This document shows, piece after piece, positions 20,979-29,939 of a stretch of 63,121 bases of DNA. Position 1 is the stretch's first letter. Each line of letters starts with the position of its first letter. Under the pieces are notes generated by a model. It made no database searches. It was not told the DNA's origin and worked only from the letters and a program-made list of their open reading frames with translations. This DNA comes from Rhizobium sp. Q54 (GTDB lineage: Bacteria > Pseudomonadota > Alphaproteobacteria > Rhizobiales > Beijerinckiaceae): NCBI GenBank assembly GCA_945875875.1, contig CAMCMI010000001.1, positions 1-63,121 of the forward strand. Reading direction: 5' to 3'. Made by a program: the position numbers and the translations under genes.

Positions 20979-21731
20979 ATGCGCGAACTCGAAGGATATG
21001 TGGCGCTCGTCACCGGTGGGCCCCGCAACATTGGTCGCGCGATTGCAATGAGCTTTGCAAACGCAGGCGCAAGCGTCGTCGTCACTGCGCTGTCGGACAT
21101 TGCGGGCGCGCAAGCGGTGATCGACGAGATCAAAGCCGCTGGCGGACAGGGACTTGCCGTGTCCTGCGACGTGACCAGGGAAGAAGACGTTGCGCGCCTG
21201 CATGACGAGATCGCGGCAAATTTTGGTCGTCTCGATATTCTCGTCAACAACGCCGCCGTGCGCCATGAGACGCCGTTTGGGGAGATGACCTATGCGCAAT
21301 GGCGCCACGTGATGGGCGTCACGCTCGACGGCGCGTTTCTCACAGCGCGCGCCATGTATCCGCTGCTCAAGGCCAGCGGTCGCGGCGCCATTGTCAACAT
21401 CGGCGGCATGTCGGCTTATACGGGCGCCAAGAAGCGCTTGCACGTGCTGGCGGCCAAGTCAGGTCTGGGCGGATTGACGCGCGGGCTGGCGCACGATCTG
21501 GCGGAAGACAACATCACCGCCAATTTGCTCTCGCCGGGATTGATTGACACCGCGCGCGGCGGTCATTCCGCCAAAGAGCCCGATCATCACAAGCATCATA
21601 CAACGCTTGTCGGGCGCAGGGGCAGGCCGGAAGAAGTGGCTGGCATGGCGCTGTTTCTGGCCGGACCGAACGCACGTTACGTGACCGGCCAAACCATCCA
21701 CTGCAACGGCGGCGCCTATTTGCCGACGTAA
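20979..21731 (+). CDS. Short-chain dehydrogenase/reductase (atypical)
   Basis: VTGGPRNIG, LDILVNNAA, SPGLIDT, YVTGQTIHCNGG; usual YxxxK reads VLAAK. Confidence 0.9.
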   Translation: MRELEGYVALVTGGPRNIGRAIAMSFANAGASVVVTALSDIAGAQAVIDEIKAAGGQGLAVSCDVTREEDVARLHDEIAANFGRLDILVNNAAVRHETPFGEMTYAQWRHVMGVTLDGAFLTARAMYPLLKASGRGAIVNIGGMSAYTGAKKRLHVLAAKSGLGGLTRGLAHDLAEDNITANLLSPGLIDTARGGHSAKEPDHHKHHTTLVGRRGRPEEVAGMALFLAGPNARYVTGQTIHCNGGAYLPT

Positions 21732-21753
21732 CCATTTACCTGAGGAGGACAAC

Positions 21754-22737
21754 ATGCAGCGCACAAAAATAATTCTGTTGAGCTTGCTTGCGTCGACCTG
21801 GATGACACTGCCAGCACTGGCGCAAGCCTATCCCAACCAGTCGATCAACGTGATCGTACCCTATGCGCCCGGCGGCAATACGGATGTCGTGGGGCGTATC
21901 GTCGCCGAGCCGATGGCGGCGATACTGGGTCAAAAACTCATCATCGAAAACGTTGCAGGCGCCGGCGGCACAACGGGTTCGCAGCGCGCCTCGCGCGCAA
22001 CGCCCAATGGCTACACGCTGCTTGTGGGACAGATGGGAACGCACGCGGCCAGCGTCGGGCTGTATCCGAATCTGGGCTATGATCCGGTCAATGATTTCGA
22101 GCATATCGGGCAATTGTCGGATACGCCGATCGGCATTCTCGTGCGTAAGAACTTTCCCGCAAAAGATCTGAAAAGCTTCATCGGTTTGCTCAAGGCTGAT
22201 TCGCAGAAGTACAACAACGGCCACGGCGGCGTCGGCGCCACCTCGCATGTTTCGTGCCTGTTCTTCACCGCGTTGGTTGGCGCGCGCTCGCCTATGGTCG
22301 CCTATCGCGGTTCAGGCCCGGCGTTCAACGATATCCTGAGCGAGCAATATGATTTTCTGTGCGATCAGATTCCACACACTGTGGAGCACGTGAAAGCTGG
22401 AACCGTGCGCATGCTCGCCATCGCCACCCCTGAACGCTCTGACGCTTTGCCGGACGTTCCCACGACGATTGAGGCTGGCCTGCCGGAGTTTCAGGCGTCG
22501 GGATGGAATGCGCTGTTTGCGCCCAAGGGCACGCCGCGCCCCATCGTCGACGTTCTGAACGCAGCGTTGCGCAAGGCGCTCGACGATCCGGCGACTAAGA
22601 ACAAGCTCGAAATGATCGGCGCTGTTCTGCCGCGCGCTGAAAACCGCACGACGGAGGGAATGCGAAAGTTCGTGGGCGCCGAGATAGACAAGTGGACGCC
22701 GATCATGAAGGCGTCCGCAATCCCTACCGCAAAGTAA
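21754..22737 (+). CDS. Orphan TctC/Bug family substrate-binding protein
   Basis: VPYAPGGNTD, ENVAGAGG, YRGSGPA, LPDVPT. Confidence 0.92.
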   Translation: MQRTKIILLSLLASTWMTLPALAQAYPNQSINVIVPYAPGGNTDVVGRIVAEPMAAILGQKLIIENVAGAGGTTGSQRASRATPNGYTLLVGQMGTHAASVGLYPNLGYDPVNDFEHIGQLSDTPIGILVRKNFPAKDLKSFIGLLKADSQKYNNGHGGVGATSHVSCLFFTALVGARSPMVAYRGSGPAFNDILSEQYDFLCDQIPHTVEHVKAGTVRMLAIATPERSDALPDVPTTIEAGLPEFQASGWNALFAPKGTPRPIVDVLNAALRKALDDPATKNKLEMIGAVLPRAENRTTEGMRKFVGAEIDKWTPIMKASAIPTAK

Positions 22738-22749
22738 TGGCGTGAATCC

Positions 22750-23379
22750 TCAGGCGCGCTTGTCGCGCGCCTGTTGCAGCCACGGCGTATCCGCAAGGGT
22801 CTGCGCTTCCCATGCGCGGATTTCGGATGCGTGTTTCATCGTCAGCCCGATTTCGTCGAGCCCCTCGATCAGGCGCAGCTTGTCGGAGGCGCGCACGTCA
22901 AAACCAATCGCCTCGCCGCCGGGTCCGTCAATCGTCTGCGCTTCCAGATCGACGTTGAAATGGGCCGCGCCATTGGCCGCCAGAACGCGCTGCTGCAAAC
23001 CATCCATCGCGGCGCCGTCGAGCTCTATCGGCAACACGCCGTTTTGCAGGCAGTTCTCTCGGAATATATCGGCGATGCTGCGCGCGATCACACAGCGTAT
23101 TCCCACCGCATACAGGCACCAGACGGCCGATTCACGCGAGGAGCCGCAACCGAAGTTTGATCCGGCGACAAGGATTGACGGCGCGGTGAATTGCGGCTGG
23201 TTCAAAACATAATCGGCGATCAGCGACCCATCCGGATTTTGTCTGCGGCGCTTGAACAGAAGATCAGCGTAATCGGGCTTGAGGCCCTTGGCCAATTGCA
23301 GCGGCGCCATCTGGTCGGTGTTGAGATCGTCCTCAATCATCGGAACCGCGACGCCTGTAACATGCGTGAGGCTTTGCAT
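22750..23379 (-). CDS. leuD: 3-isopropylmalate dehydratase small-subunit-like protein (catabolic paralog likely)
   Basis: NTDQM, NFGCGSSRESA, IFRENC, GLDEIGLT. Confidence 0.85.
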   Translation of the reverse strand: MQSLTHVTGVAVPMIEDDLNTDQMAPLQLAKGLKPDYADLLFKRRRQNPDGSLIADYVLNQPQFTAPSILVAGSNFGCGSSRESAVWCLYAVGIRCVIARSIADIFRENCLQNGVLPIELDGAAMDGLQQRVLAANGAAHFNVDLEAQTIDGPGGEAIGFDVRASDKLRLIEGLDEIGLTMKHASEIRAWEAQTLADTPWLQQARDKRA

Positions 23380-24791
23380 CAGGCTTCTCCGGTGAGCTTG
23401 CGCACGTCAACGATCTTGCCCGCGATTGCGGCGGCTGCGGCCAGCGCCGGGCCCACGAGATGCGTGCGCACGCCGCGCCCCTGGCGGTTTTCAAAATTGC
23501 GGTTGGTGGTCGACAGCACGCGCTCCTGCGGGGCGGCGGTGTCGCCATTGGTGCTGGCGCACATGGAGCACCCCGATTCGCCCCACATGAAACCCGCGTC
23601 CGTAAAAATCTTGTCGAGGCCCCGGGCCTCGGCCTGACGCTTCACGGTGCTGGAGCCGGGGACCACCATGGCGACAAGCCCCGGCGCCACCTTGCGTCCC
23701 TTCGCGATGGCGGCTGCAATCTCAAGATCCGGCAGGCGGCTGTTGGTGCATGAGCCGATGAACACGCGATCAACTGCCAGTCCCTCAAGCGCAGCGCCGG
23801 GCGAAAGGCCCATATAGGCCAGCGCTTTTTGCGTGGCTGCGCGGCGCGTCGGCTCGACGTCGTCAAGCTCCGGCGCACGTCCGCCCACGCCAGTCACCTG
23901 ACTGGGCTCCGTGCCCCATGTGATCTGCGGATCAAGCTGCGTGCAATCAATCGTCACCTCGCGATCATAGAATGCGCCCTCGTCGCTGGGGAGCGTGCGC
24001 CAATGCGCAAGGGCCGCGTCCCATTGCGCGCCTTCGGGCGCCCACGGGCGGCCTGCGAGCCATTGAAACGTCGTGTCGTCAGGCGCAACGAGCCCCGAGC
24101 GAGAGCCCATCTCGATGGTGAGATTGCAAAGCGTGAGGCGCGATTCAATCGACATTGCACGCACGACGGGACCCGCATATTCGATGGCGTAACCCGCGCC
24201 GCCCGAGACGCCCAGATGCGCGATGATGTGCAGCGCCACGTCCTTGGCCGCCACATAGGGCTTTAGCTTTCCCTCAAGATTGACGCGCAAACGTTTGGGG
24301 CGGCTGAGCGCAATCACCTGCGTCGCCAATATGTGTTCCAGCTCGGTTGTGCCGCAGCCAAACGCCAGTGCGCCAAGCCCGCCGACCGTGCAGGCGTGAC
24401 TGTCTGGCACGGCGTGCGTCGCGCCCGGCAGCACCATGCCAAGCTCGGGCGCCACCACATGGCTGATGCCCTGTTCAGGATCGCCCAGATCAAACACGCG
24501 CACGTTATTGCGCTTACTGCCTTCGCGCATGGCGCGCACAAATGCTGCGCCTTCAGCATAGGTATCGTCGGTCCGACCAGGCAGAACGGAGACCGAATGA
24601 TCCTGCATGGAGAAGGTAAGATCGGGGCGCGAGACTGCGCGCCCCGCGTTGGCGAGTTTTTCAAACGCATGCGGCGCATGAAGGTCGTGCAGGACGTGCC
24701 GGTCGATATAGATCAATTCGCGCCCGTCGACCCTGCGGCCGACGAGGTGCTGGCTCCATATTTTATCGAACAGCGTTTTGGCGCCTTGCAT
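23379..24791 (-). CDS. leuC: 3-isopropylmalate dehydratase large-subunit-like [4Fe-4S] hydratase (catabolic paralog likely)
   Basis: KTLFDKIW, FIGSCTNSR, GCSMC, STTNRNFENRQG; DSHT motif reads DSHA. Confidence 0.85.
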   Translation of the reverse strand: MQGAKTLFDKIWSQHLVGRRVDGRELIYIDRHVLHDLHAPHAFEKLANAGRAVSRPDLTFSMQDHSVSVLPGRTDDTYAEGAAFVRAMREGSKRNNVRVFDLGDPEQGISHVVAPELGMVLPGATHAVPDSHACTVGGLGALAFGCGTTELEHILATQVIALSRPKRLRVNLEGKLKPYVAAKDVALHIIAHLGVSGGAGYAIEYAGPVVRAMSIESRLTLCNLTIEMGSRSGLVAPDDTTFQWLAGRPWAPEGAQWDAALAHWRTLPSDEGAFYDREVTIDCTQLDPQITWGTEPSQVTGVGGRAPELDDVEPTRRAATQKALAYMGLSPGAALEGLAVDRVFIGSCTNSRLPDLEIAAAIAKGRKVAPGLVAMVVPGSSTVKRQAEARGLDKIFTDAGFMWGESGCSMCASTNGDTAAPQERVLSTTNRNFENRQGRGVRTHLVGPALAAAAAIAGKIVDVRKLTGEA

Positions 24792-24853
24792 AACGATCCT
24801 CCCGCGCATTCGCGAACGAATGCGCTCATGTAAACAAACGCAGCGCCGCAGCG

Positions 24854-25948
24854 CTATTTAATGCCGGACATGTTGCCGATGCTGGCGCGCAGCGTCGTCA
24901 GCACCTGCGGCGACACCTCGCTCAGCGCCTTGAACACGCCCTGGCCGCGCTCCACGTCCACATAGTCAAAGGGCAGGCCGTTGCGCTTGGTGGATTCTTC
25001 GATGTAGGCCTTGTCGGCCATGGCGTCGGCGAACGCCTTGCGCAAAATTGCCAGTGCGGGCGCCGGCGTTTTGGGCGGCGTCAGTCCGATATAGCCGAGT
25101 TCGCCAAACTGCTGCACCATCCAGTTCAGAGCTTCCCAATCAGGCCCGGAAGGAAGCTTGCCATGGATCTCCCTGTAGAGATCCTGGAATGCGGGCATGT
25201 CGTCGATGTCTTTGCTTTTCGTGAACGCGCCCTTGGCGTCGGAAGGCGTGAGATAGGAATAGCCGATCCCGTCGCCCGACGTCACGAAAGCCTTGCTGCG
25301 CGTGCGGAAAGTCGCAAGACTTGTATTGTGGACATGCACCTCGCCGCGCTGAAGCGCCAGAAACACGTCCGCACCGCCGCGATAGCCGGTGACGACTTTA
25401 TGCTGAACCCCAAGGGTTTTCAGCGACAGGTGCGCGAGAATTCCGGCGACGTCCGTACTTGCGTAGGCGCCCACGGCGATGTCCTTGGCTTTCATGACGT
25501 CAGCGGGCTTTTTCATGCCGCCGGGCGCCGAATCGACGCGCATGTAATTAACGCGAATATCGCTGATGCCGCCCAGAAACTCATATTGATCGTAGCGCGC
25601 CCGCAAGCCCTGGCCGCCAAGCGCCTGCGCCAGCGGGTCCCACAGGCTGTAGATCATCGTCATACCGTCGGGCGCGGCTTTTTCGTAAACGTAATTGAAC
25701 GCCAGCACGCCGCCGGCGCCGGGCATGTTTTGCACCACGACATTGGGCTGTCCGGGAATATGGCGCCGGAAATGAGGCGCAAAGCCGCGCACCAGCGTGT
25801 CGGCGGAGCCGCCCGGCGCAAGGCCTACGATAATCGTCAGCGACTTTCCGGCGTAGAAATCGCCGGACGCCTGCGCCAGCGCGCCTTGCGCGCTGAAGGC
25901 CGTCAACGCTGCGCTGACGGACACAATCCTGCTGAATGTCTGCTTCAT
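24854..25948 (-). CDS. Orphan TctC/Bug family substrate-binding protein
   Basis: Signal peptide, FYAGKSLTIIVG, QNMPGAGG, GYRGG..LQRGEV. Confidence 0.88.
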   Translation of the reverse strand: MKQTFSRIVSVSAALTAFSAQGALAQASGDFYAGKSLTIIVGLAPGGSADTLVRGFAPHFRRHIPGQPNVVVQNMPGAGGVLAFNYVYEKAAPDGMTMIYSLWDPLAQALGGQGLRARYDQYEFLGGISDIRVNYMRVDSAPGGMKKPADVMKAKDIAVGAYASTDVAGILAHLSLKTLGVQHKVVTGYRGGADVFLALQRGEVHVHNTSLATFRTRSKAFVTSGDGIGYSYLTPSDAKGAFTKSKDIDDMPAFQDLYREIHGKLPSGPDWEALNWMVQQFGELGYIGLTPPKTPAPALAILRKAFADAMADKAYIEESTKRNGLPFDYVDVERGQGVFKALSEVSPQVLTTLRASIGNMSGIK

Positions 25949-25988
25949 ATGTTTCTCCCTCTTTTGGTTTTTCGGGTGCTGATAAAAA

Positions 25989-26879
25989 TCAGCCCTTGTC
26001 CGGAGCGATTGCATATTCGCCCTCGTATTTTTGCCAGTTCTGGAAGCCGAGTATATCAAGATATTCGGCCATCGTCGCTGCATTTGCGCCCGCCTTCGCA
26101 ACGTCGCCGGTCATCTTCAACGTTCGCAAAAACGATTGTATTCCGGGGATCGCCGCCAGAATCGGATAGACGGAGCAAATCAGGAGTTTGTATTTCATCG
26201 CCTCCAGCGCCTCCACATTGAGCGCGGGCACGCTGCCGGTGGGCGTCACGTTGTAGAGTAGCGGAATGTCGATGTTGCGCGCAACTTCCTGCGCTTCCTC
26301 TATCGTTCGCGGACCCTCGACAAAGATCACGTCGGCCCCGGCGCGCTGATAGACTTGGGCGCGGGCGATTGCTGATTCAAGCCCTTCCACTGCGCGCGCG
26401 TCGGTGCGCGCGCAAAGTACGAGATCGTCGTCAGCGCGCGCGTCCAGCGCCGCCTTGATCTTCATTTCCATCTCTGCGGCAGTCACAACTTGCTTGCCTG
26501 CAAGCATGCCGCAGCGTTTGGGCGTGACCTGATCCTCGATCATGATCGCAGCCACGCCCGCGCGCTCAAACTCCATGATGGTGCGGCGCACGCTCAGGGC
26601 ATTGCCATAGCCGGTGTCGGCGTCTGCAAAAGTCGGCAGTCCGCTTGCAGCTGCGATTCGCCCTGCGTTTTGCGCGTTTTCCATCATGGTCATCAGGCCG
26701 ATGTCGGGCAGGCCGAGCAGCGTCGCCGATGTCGCGTTGCCCGAACTCATGATTGCTTCAAAGCCTTCGCTGGCGACAAGGCGCGCAGAGAACGCGTCGC
26801 CCACCGATGGCATCATCGTCAGCTGCCGTCGCGCCAGCAGGGCGCGGAATCGAGCTGTTGGCTTGGCTGACTTTGACAT
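25989..26879 (-). CDS. Isocitrate lyase/PEP mutase superfamily protein
   Basis: GLPDIG, DADTGYG, IEDQ..KRCG, ARTDA, AGADVIFVE. Confidence 0.92.
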   Translation of the reverse strand: MSKSAKPTARFRALLARRQLTMMPSVGDAFSARLVASEGFEAIMSSGNATSATLLGLPDIGLMTMMENAQNAGRIAAASGLPTFADADTGYGNALSVRRTIMEFERAGVAAIMIEDQVTPKRCGMLAGKQVVTAAEMEMKIKAALDARADDDLVLCARTDARAVEGLESAIARAQVYQRAGADVIFVEGPRTIEEAQEVARNIDIPLLYNVTPTGSVPALNVEALEAMKYKLLICSVYPILAAIPGIQSFLRTLKMTGDVAKAGANAATMAEYLDILGFQNWQKYEGEYAIAPDKG

Positions 26880-27011
26880 GTTTTGTACTCTTCAGGGAAC
26901 TTGATTCAAGAATAGCGACCGTCTGGCTCTAGTCAACACATACAGGCCCGCCTTGACAAAACTGGCTTGCAACGGTCCTGATCGTCAAAATGCTAGCAGG
27001 GAGAAAACAAG

Positions 27012-27542
27012 ATGGACGACGGGAAAGCCATTGCGCGCCAGATCAACATTGCGACCGATGGGCCAGCGCTTTTCTCAATTCGCAATCTGCCCCTGCTTGA
27101 GCAGGGCACATCGTATGATCCGCTGGCCACGGCCGAGAATTTGTGGGTCAACGTCAAGGTCTACGCCAGCGGCGGCGAGAACGCGCTGCATGCCCATGCG
27201 GGCGAAGATCATGCGTTCATTGTATTGCAGGGTATGGCCACATTTACTTTTGGCGATGGCCGCACGTCAGTCGTGCGCCAGCATGAAGGCGTGATGATCC
27301 CAAAGAACGTGCAATACAAGTTTGAAGCCGACGAGACTGAAAATCTTGTCTTGTTACGCGTTGGCGGCGGCCAGCGTACAGCGCAGGGGCTCGATGATCT
27401 GACCCCGTTTGGAGCGCCGCGCGACATCAACAAAATGACGACGTTTGCAGACGGATCGCCCAAGGTCGGCAACGCCGTCCATAACGGCGAATCGTCAAAG
27501 GTGCGCGTCTATGCCAAGGGCAAGTATTTCGCGCCCGATTGA
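27012..27542 (+). CDS. Cupin domain protein
   Basis: GENALHAHAGEDHAFIVLQG cupin motif 1, IPKNVQY motif 2; RBS GGGAG. Confidence 0.85.
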   Translation: MDDGKAIARQINIATDGPALFSIRNLPLLEQGTSYDPLATAENLWVNVKVYASGGENALHAHAGEDHAFIVLQGMATFTFGDGRTSVVRQHEGVMIPKNVQYKFEADETENLVLLRVGGGQRTAQGLDDLTPFGAPRDINKMTTFADGSPKVGNAVHNGESSKVRVYAKGKYFAPD

Positions 27543-27553
27543 GGGCCAGGATA

Positions 27554-27681
27554 CCCCTCATCCGTCACGCGTTGCGTGACACCTTCTCCCGCAAGGGGAG
27601 AAGGAAGAGCCGCGATCAACAGTGCTCTTTCTTCCTTCTCCCGCAGGCGGGAGAAGGTGTCGCGTAGCGACGGATGAGGGG
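27554..27681. repeat. Alphaproteobacterial intergenic palindromic repeat (RIME/CIR-like), two inverted units
   Basis: CCCCTCATCCGTC...ACACCTTCTCCCGCAAGGGGAGAAGG and inverted CCTTCTCCCGCAGGCGGGAGAAGGTGT...GACGGATGAGGGG between convergent genes. Confidence 0.85.
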
Positions 27682-27692
27682 CTCTTGAAACC

Positions 27693-28733
27693 TCAGCGCC
27701 CCAGTACTTTCTTTGCACGCGCTATAATTGCGGGCTCAGTGGCGTAGAGCGTTTCCACCATCGCCTGCACCTCGGCGCCGGTTTGAGGCTGGATATCAAG
27801 CTTGATTTTCTTTGCGTCTTCCAGAAAGCGCTCGTCGTTCATGGTGGCGGTGAAGGCGTCGCGCAATGCTTTGACGCGTTCTGCGGGGGTGTCTGGCGGT
27901 GCCGCGAACGAGCGCCCCAAACCTTGCGGACCAAAAATAACATTGTAAACTTTGCGCTCGTCCTCGCCTTTGGCGAAGTCGAACACGTGCGGCACATCGG
28001 CAAGCGCGGGATCGGCTTTGGGGCCAAGTTGCAGCAACATCTTCACCAGTCCGGAATCCAGCACGTCCTGCCATTGCGTGCGCACAGTGGACAGCGAAAT
28101 GCCGCAAATGCCCTGCACTTCATTGCGCTCGGTCGCCAGCTTGATGCTCGCCGTGCCGACATAACCTTCAATCAGTTTCAGTTTCACGCCGCTCAGTTCA
28201 ATCAATGCGCGCGGCGCCTGGCTGATGGCGCCGGCGCGGCCCGCTGCGCCCACCGTCAATTCGCGCTCCATCAGATCGGACCATTTCGTCACGCCTGAAT
28301 CAACGCGGCCAAGGCAGACGCTGACGCCAGCGTCCATATTGCCGATCCAGTTTAATTGCTGGCCTTTGAACCGCGCGCTTTCATTCCCAAACATCGGCTC
28401 AAAAGGAACGGAGAACGAGGCCATCGCGAAGGTTGAGCCGTCTTTGGGGGCGACGTTGGCGAGCCAGTTGAAGGATATGAGCCCGCTGGCGCCGGGCATG
28501 TTGGTGACGATCATCGTTGGCGCGCCGGGAATGTGCCGGCTCATGTGCCGGGCAAGCGCGCGGCCATAGAGATCAAAGCCCGTGCCCTGCTCGATGCCCA
28601 CGACGACCGTGATTGTTTTGCCCTTGTAGAACTGCTCCACGCTTTGCGCGCTTGCGGGCGCAATTGCTGCGGGGGTTAGTGTTGCGGCGGTCAGCGCCAG
28701 CCCCAAGGCGGCACGTTTGATTGCGGACTTCAT
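27693..28733 (-). CDS. Orphan TctC/Bug family substrate-binding protein
   Basis: FYKGKTITVVVG, NMPGASG, NWIG, ERNEVQG. Confidence 0.88.
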   Translation of the reverse strand: MKSAIKRAALGLALTAATLTPAAIAPASAQSVEQFYKGKTITVVVGIEQGTGFDLYGRALARHMSRHIPGAPTMIVTNMPGASGLISFNWLANVAPKDGSTFAMASFSVPFEPMFGNESARFKGQQLNWIGNMDAGVSVCLGRVDSGVTKWSDLMERELTVGAAGRAGAISQAPRALIELSGVKLKLIEGYVGTASIKLATERNEVQGICGISLSTVRTQWQDVLDSGLVKMLLQLGPKADPALADVPHVFDFAKGEDERKVYNVIFGPQGLGRSFAAPPDTPAERVKALRDAFTATMNDERFLEDAKKIKLDIQPQTGAEVQAMVETLYATEPAIIARAKKVLGR

Positions 28734-28829
28734 GTAAGCCTCCCTTTATGCGCCTGCGTCTGGAGCGCAGTATGTTTTATAATCTATCGCCTTTGAGTCA
28801 GCAGGCAAAGCCCTCGCCATCCCTGCGTC

Positions 28830-29789
28830 TCAGGCTCGTTTCGCCATGAACTCGCGCGCGGCGGCGAGTTCCCGCATATAATCTTTCAATCCATCGCTGA
28901 GCGAAAACGCTGGCGCCCAGCCCAATTGTTCGCGCGCGCGCGTGATGTCCATGGCCTGCGCTTTTGATTTGGCCGCCCCGTCTTGTTCGATCTCAAAGCT
29001 TGCCGCCGGATTGATCTCCTGCAACGTCTCGACCAGCTGCGCAAAGCGCGTCACATAGCCGTTGCCGATATTGAAGATGTAATCCTTTTGCATGTCGATC
29101 ACGCTGGCGATACGCACGGCGCGTCCGATGTCGGCCCAGTGGACGTATTCGTTGTCGATGGTTTGCGATTGCGGAATACGCGCGGATTTTCCATCCATCG
29201 CCGCCTCAACCATCGCCTGCATTTTCATGCCGCCCGAAGAGCCTGCCGCAAAATGGCCAAAGCCATAGACGTTGGCGGGACGCAGCATCATCAATTCAAA
29301 TTTATACTCGTCCGCATAGGCCTCAAGGATCATCTCCTTGGCGGCTTTGTAATTGCCGTAGCCGCGCCGGGCCCCGCGCGGAAAGTCTTCGGCGACGCTG
29401 GCGCTGACCGGGCGGCGATTGTCGTAGACGCCCATGGTGCTGATGTGAACGAGGCGCTTCACGCCGGTGAGGCGCACGGCCTCGGCCACGTTGCGCGTGC
29501 CGCCCAGATTGATGTCAAACCCGGCAAAGAGCGAGTCCTGCACTTTTGAGCCGATAAGGCCTGCCGAATGAACGACGGTCTTCACGTCGTGAGCCTGCAT
29601 TGCGGCGATCAGGGCGGGCAGGTCACGGACGTCCTTGTTGAGCAGAGTCCAGCCGCTGCCGCCGAGCTTGAATTGCAAATAGGGCGCGCGCGGCGCGGGA
29701 TCGAGGAACACGACATGCTCGCCCGCCGCAATCGCTTCCCTGGCGAAAGCCGTTCCAACCAATCCTGCGCCTGTCACCAGAATGCCCAT
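28830..29789 (-). CDS. NAD-dependent epimerase/dehydratase (extended SDR)
   Basis: LVTGAGLVG, ISTMGVY, YGNYK, RPANVYG; RBS GGGGAG. Confidence 0.9.
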   Translation of the reverse strand: MGILVTGAGLVGTAFAREAIAAGEHVVFLDPAPRAPYLQFKLGGSGWTLLNKDVRDLPALIAAMQAHDVKTVVHSAGLIGSKVQDSLFAGFDINLGGTRNVAEAVRLTGVKRLVHISTMGVYDNRRPVSASVAEDFPRGARRGYGNYKAAKEMILEAYADEYKFELMMLRPANVYGFGHFAAGSSGGMKMQAMVEAAMDGKSARIPQSQTIDNEYVHWADIGRAVRIASVIDMQKDYIFNIGNGYVTRFAQLVETLQEINPAASFEIEQDGAAKSKAQAMDITRAREQLGWAPAFSLSDGLKDYMRELAAAREFMAKRA

Positions 29790-29939
29790 GTCGCTCCCCA
29801 TCTGATTTTTGTCGTCTGTCTATGGTCTTGCGGATGGAGGCGGCTTTCGTCAAGGCGCATTCCAGCTGGCGTATCGCTGCTTGAACCGTTCGTTCCTCTC
29901 GCATATCGTGCCCGCAAGTCATCTTATGGGAAGGGAATT

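Noticed and set aside
15077-26879. Canonical methylcitrate cycle or leucine biosynthesis operon
   Set aside because: No prpC/prpE/acnD or leuA/leuB; motifs diverge (KRCGM, DSHA)
27554-27681. CRISPR array or tRNA
   Set aside because: Only two inverted units, no direct repeat-spacer periodicity, no cas genes, no cloverleaf
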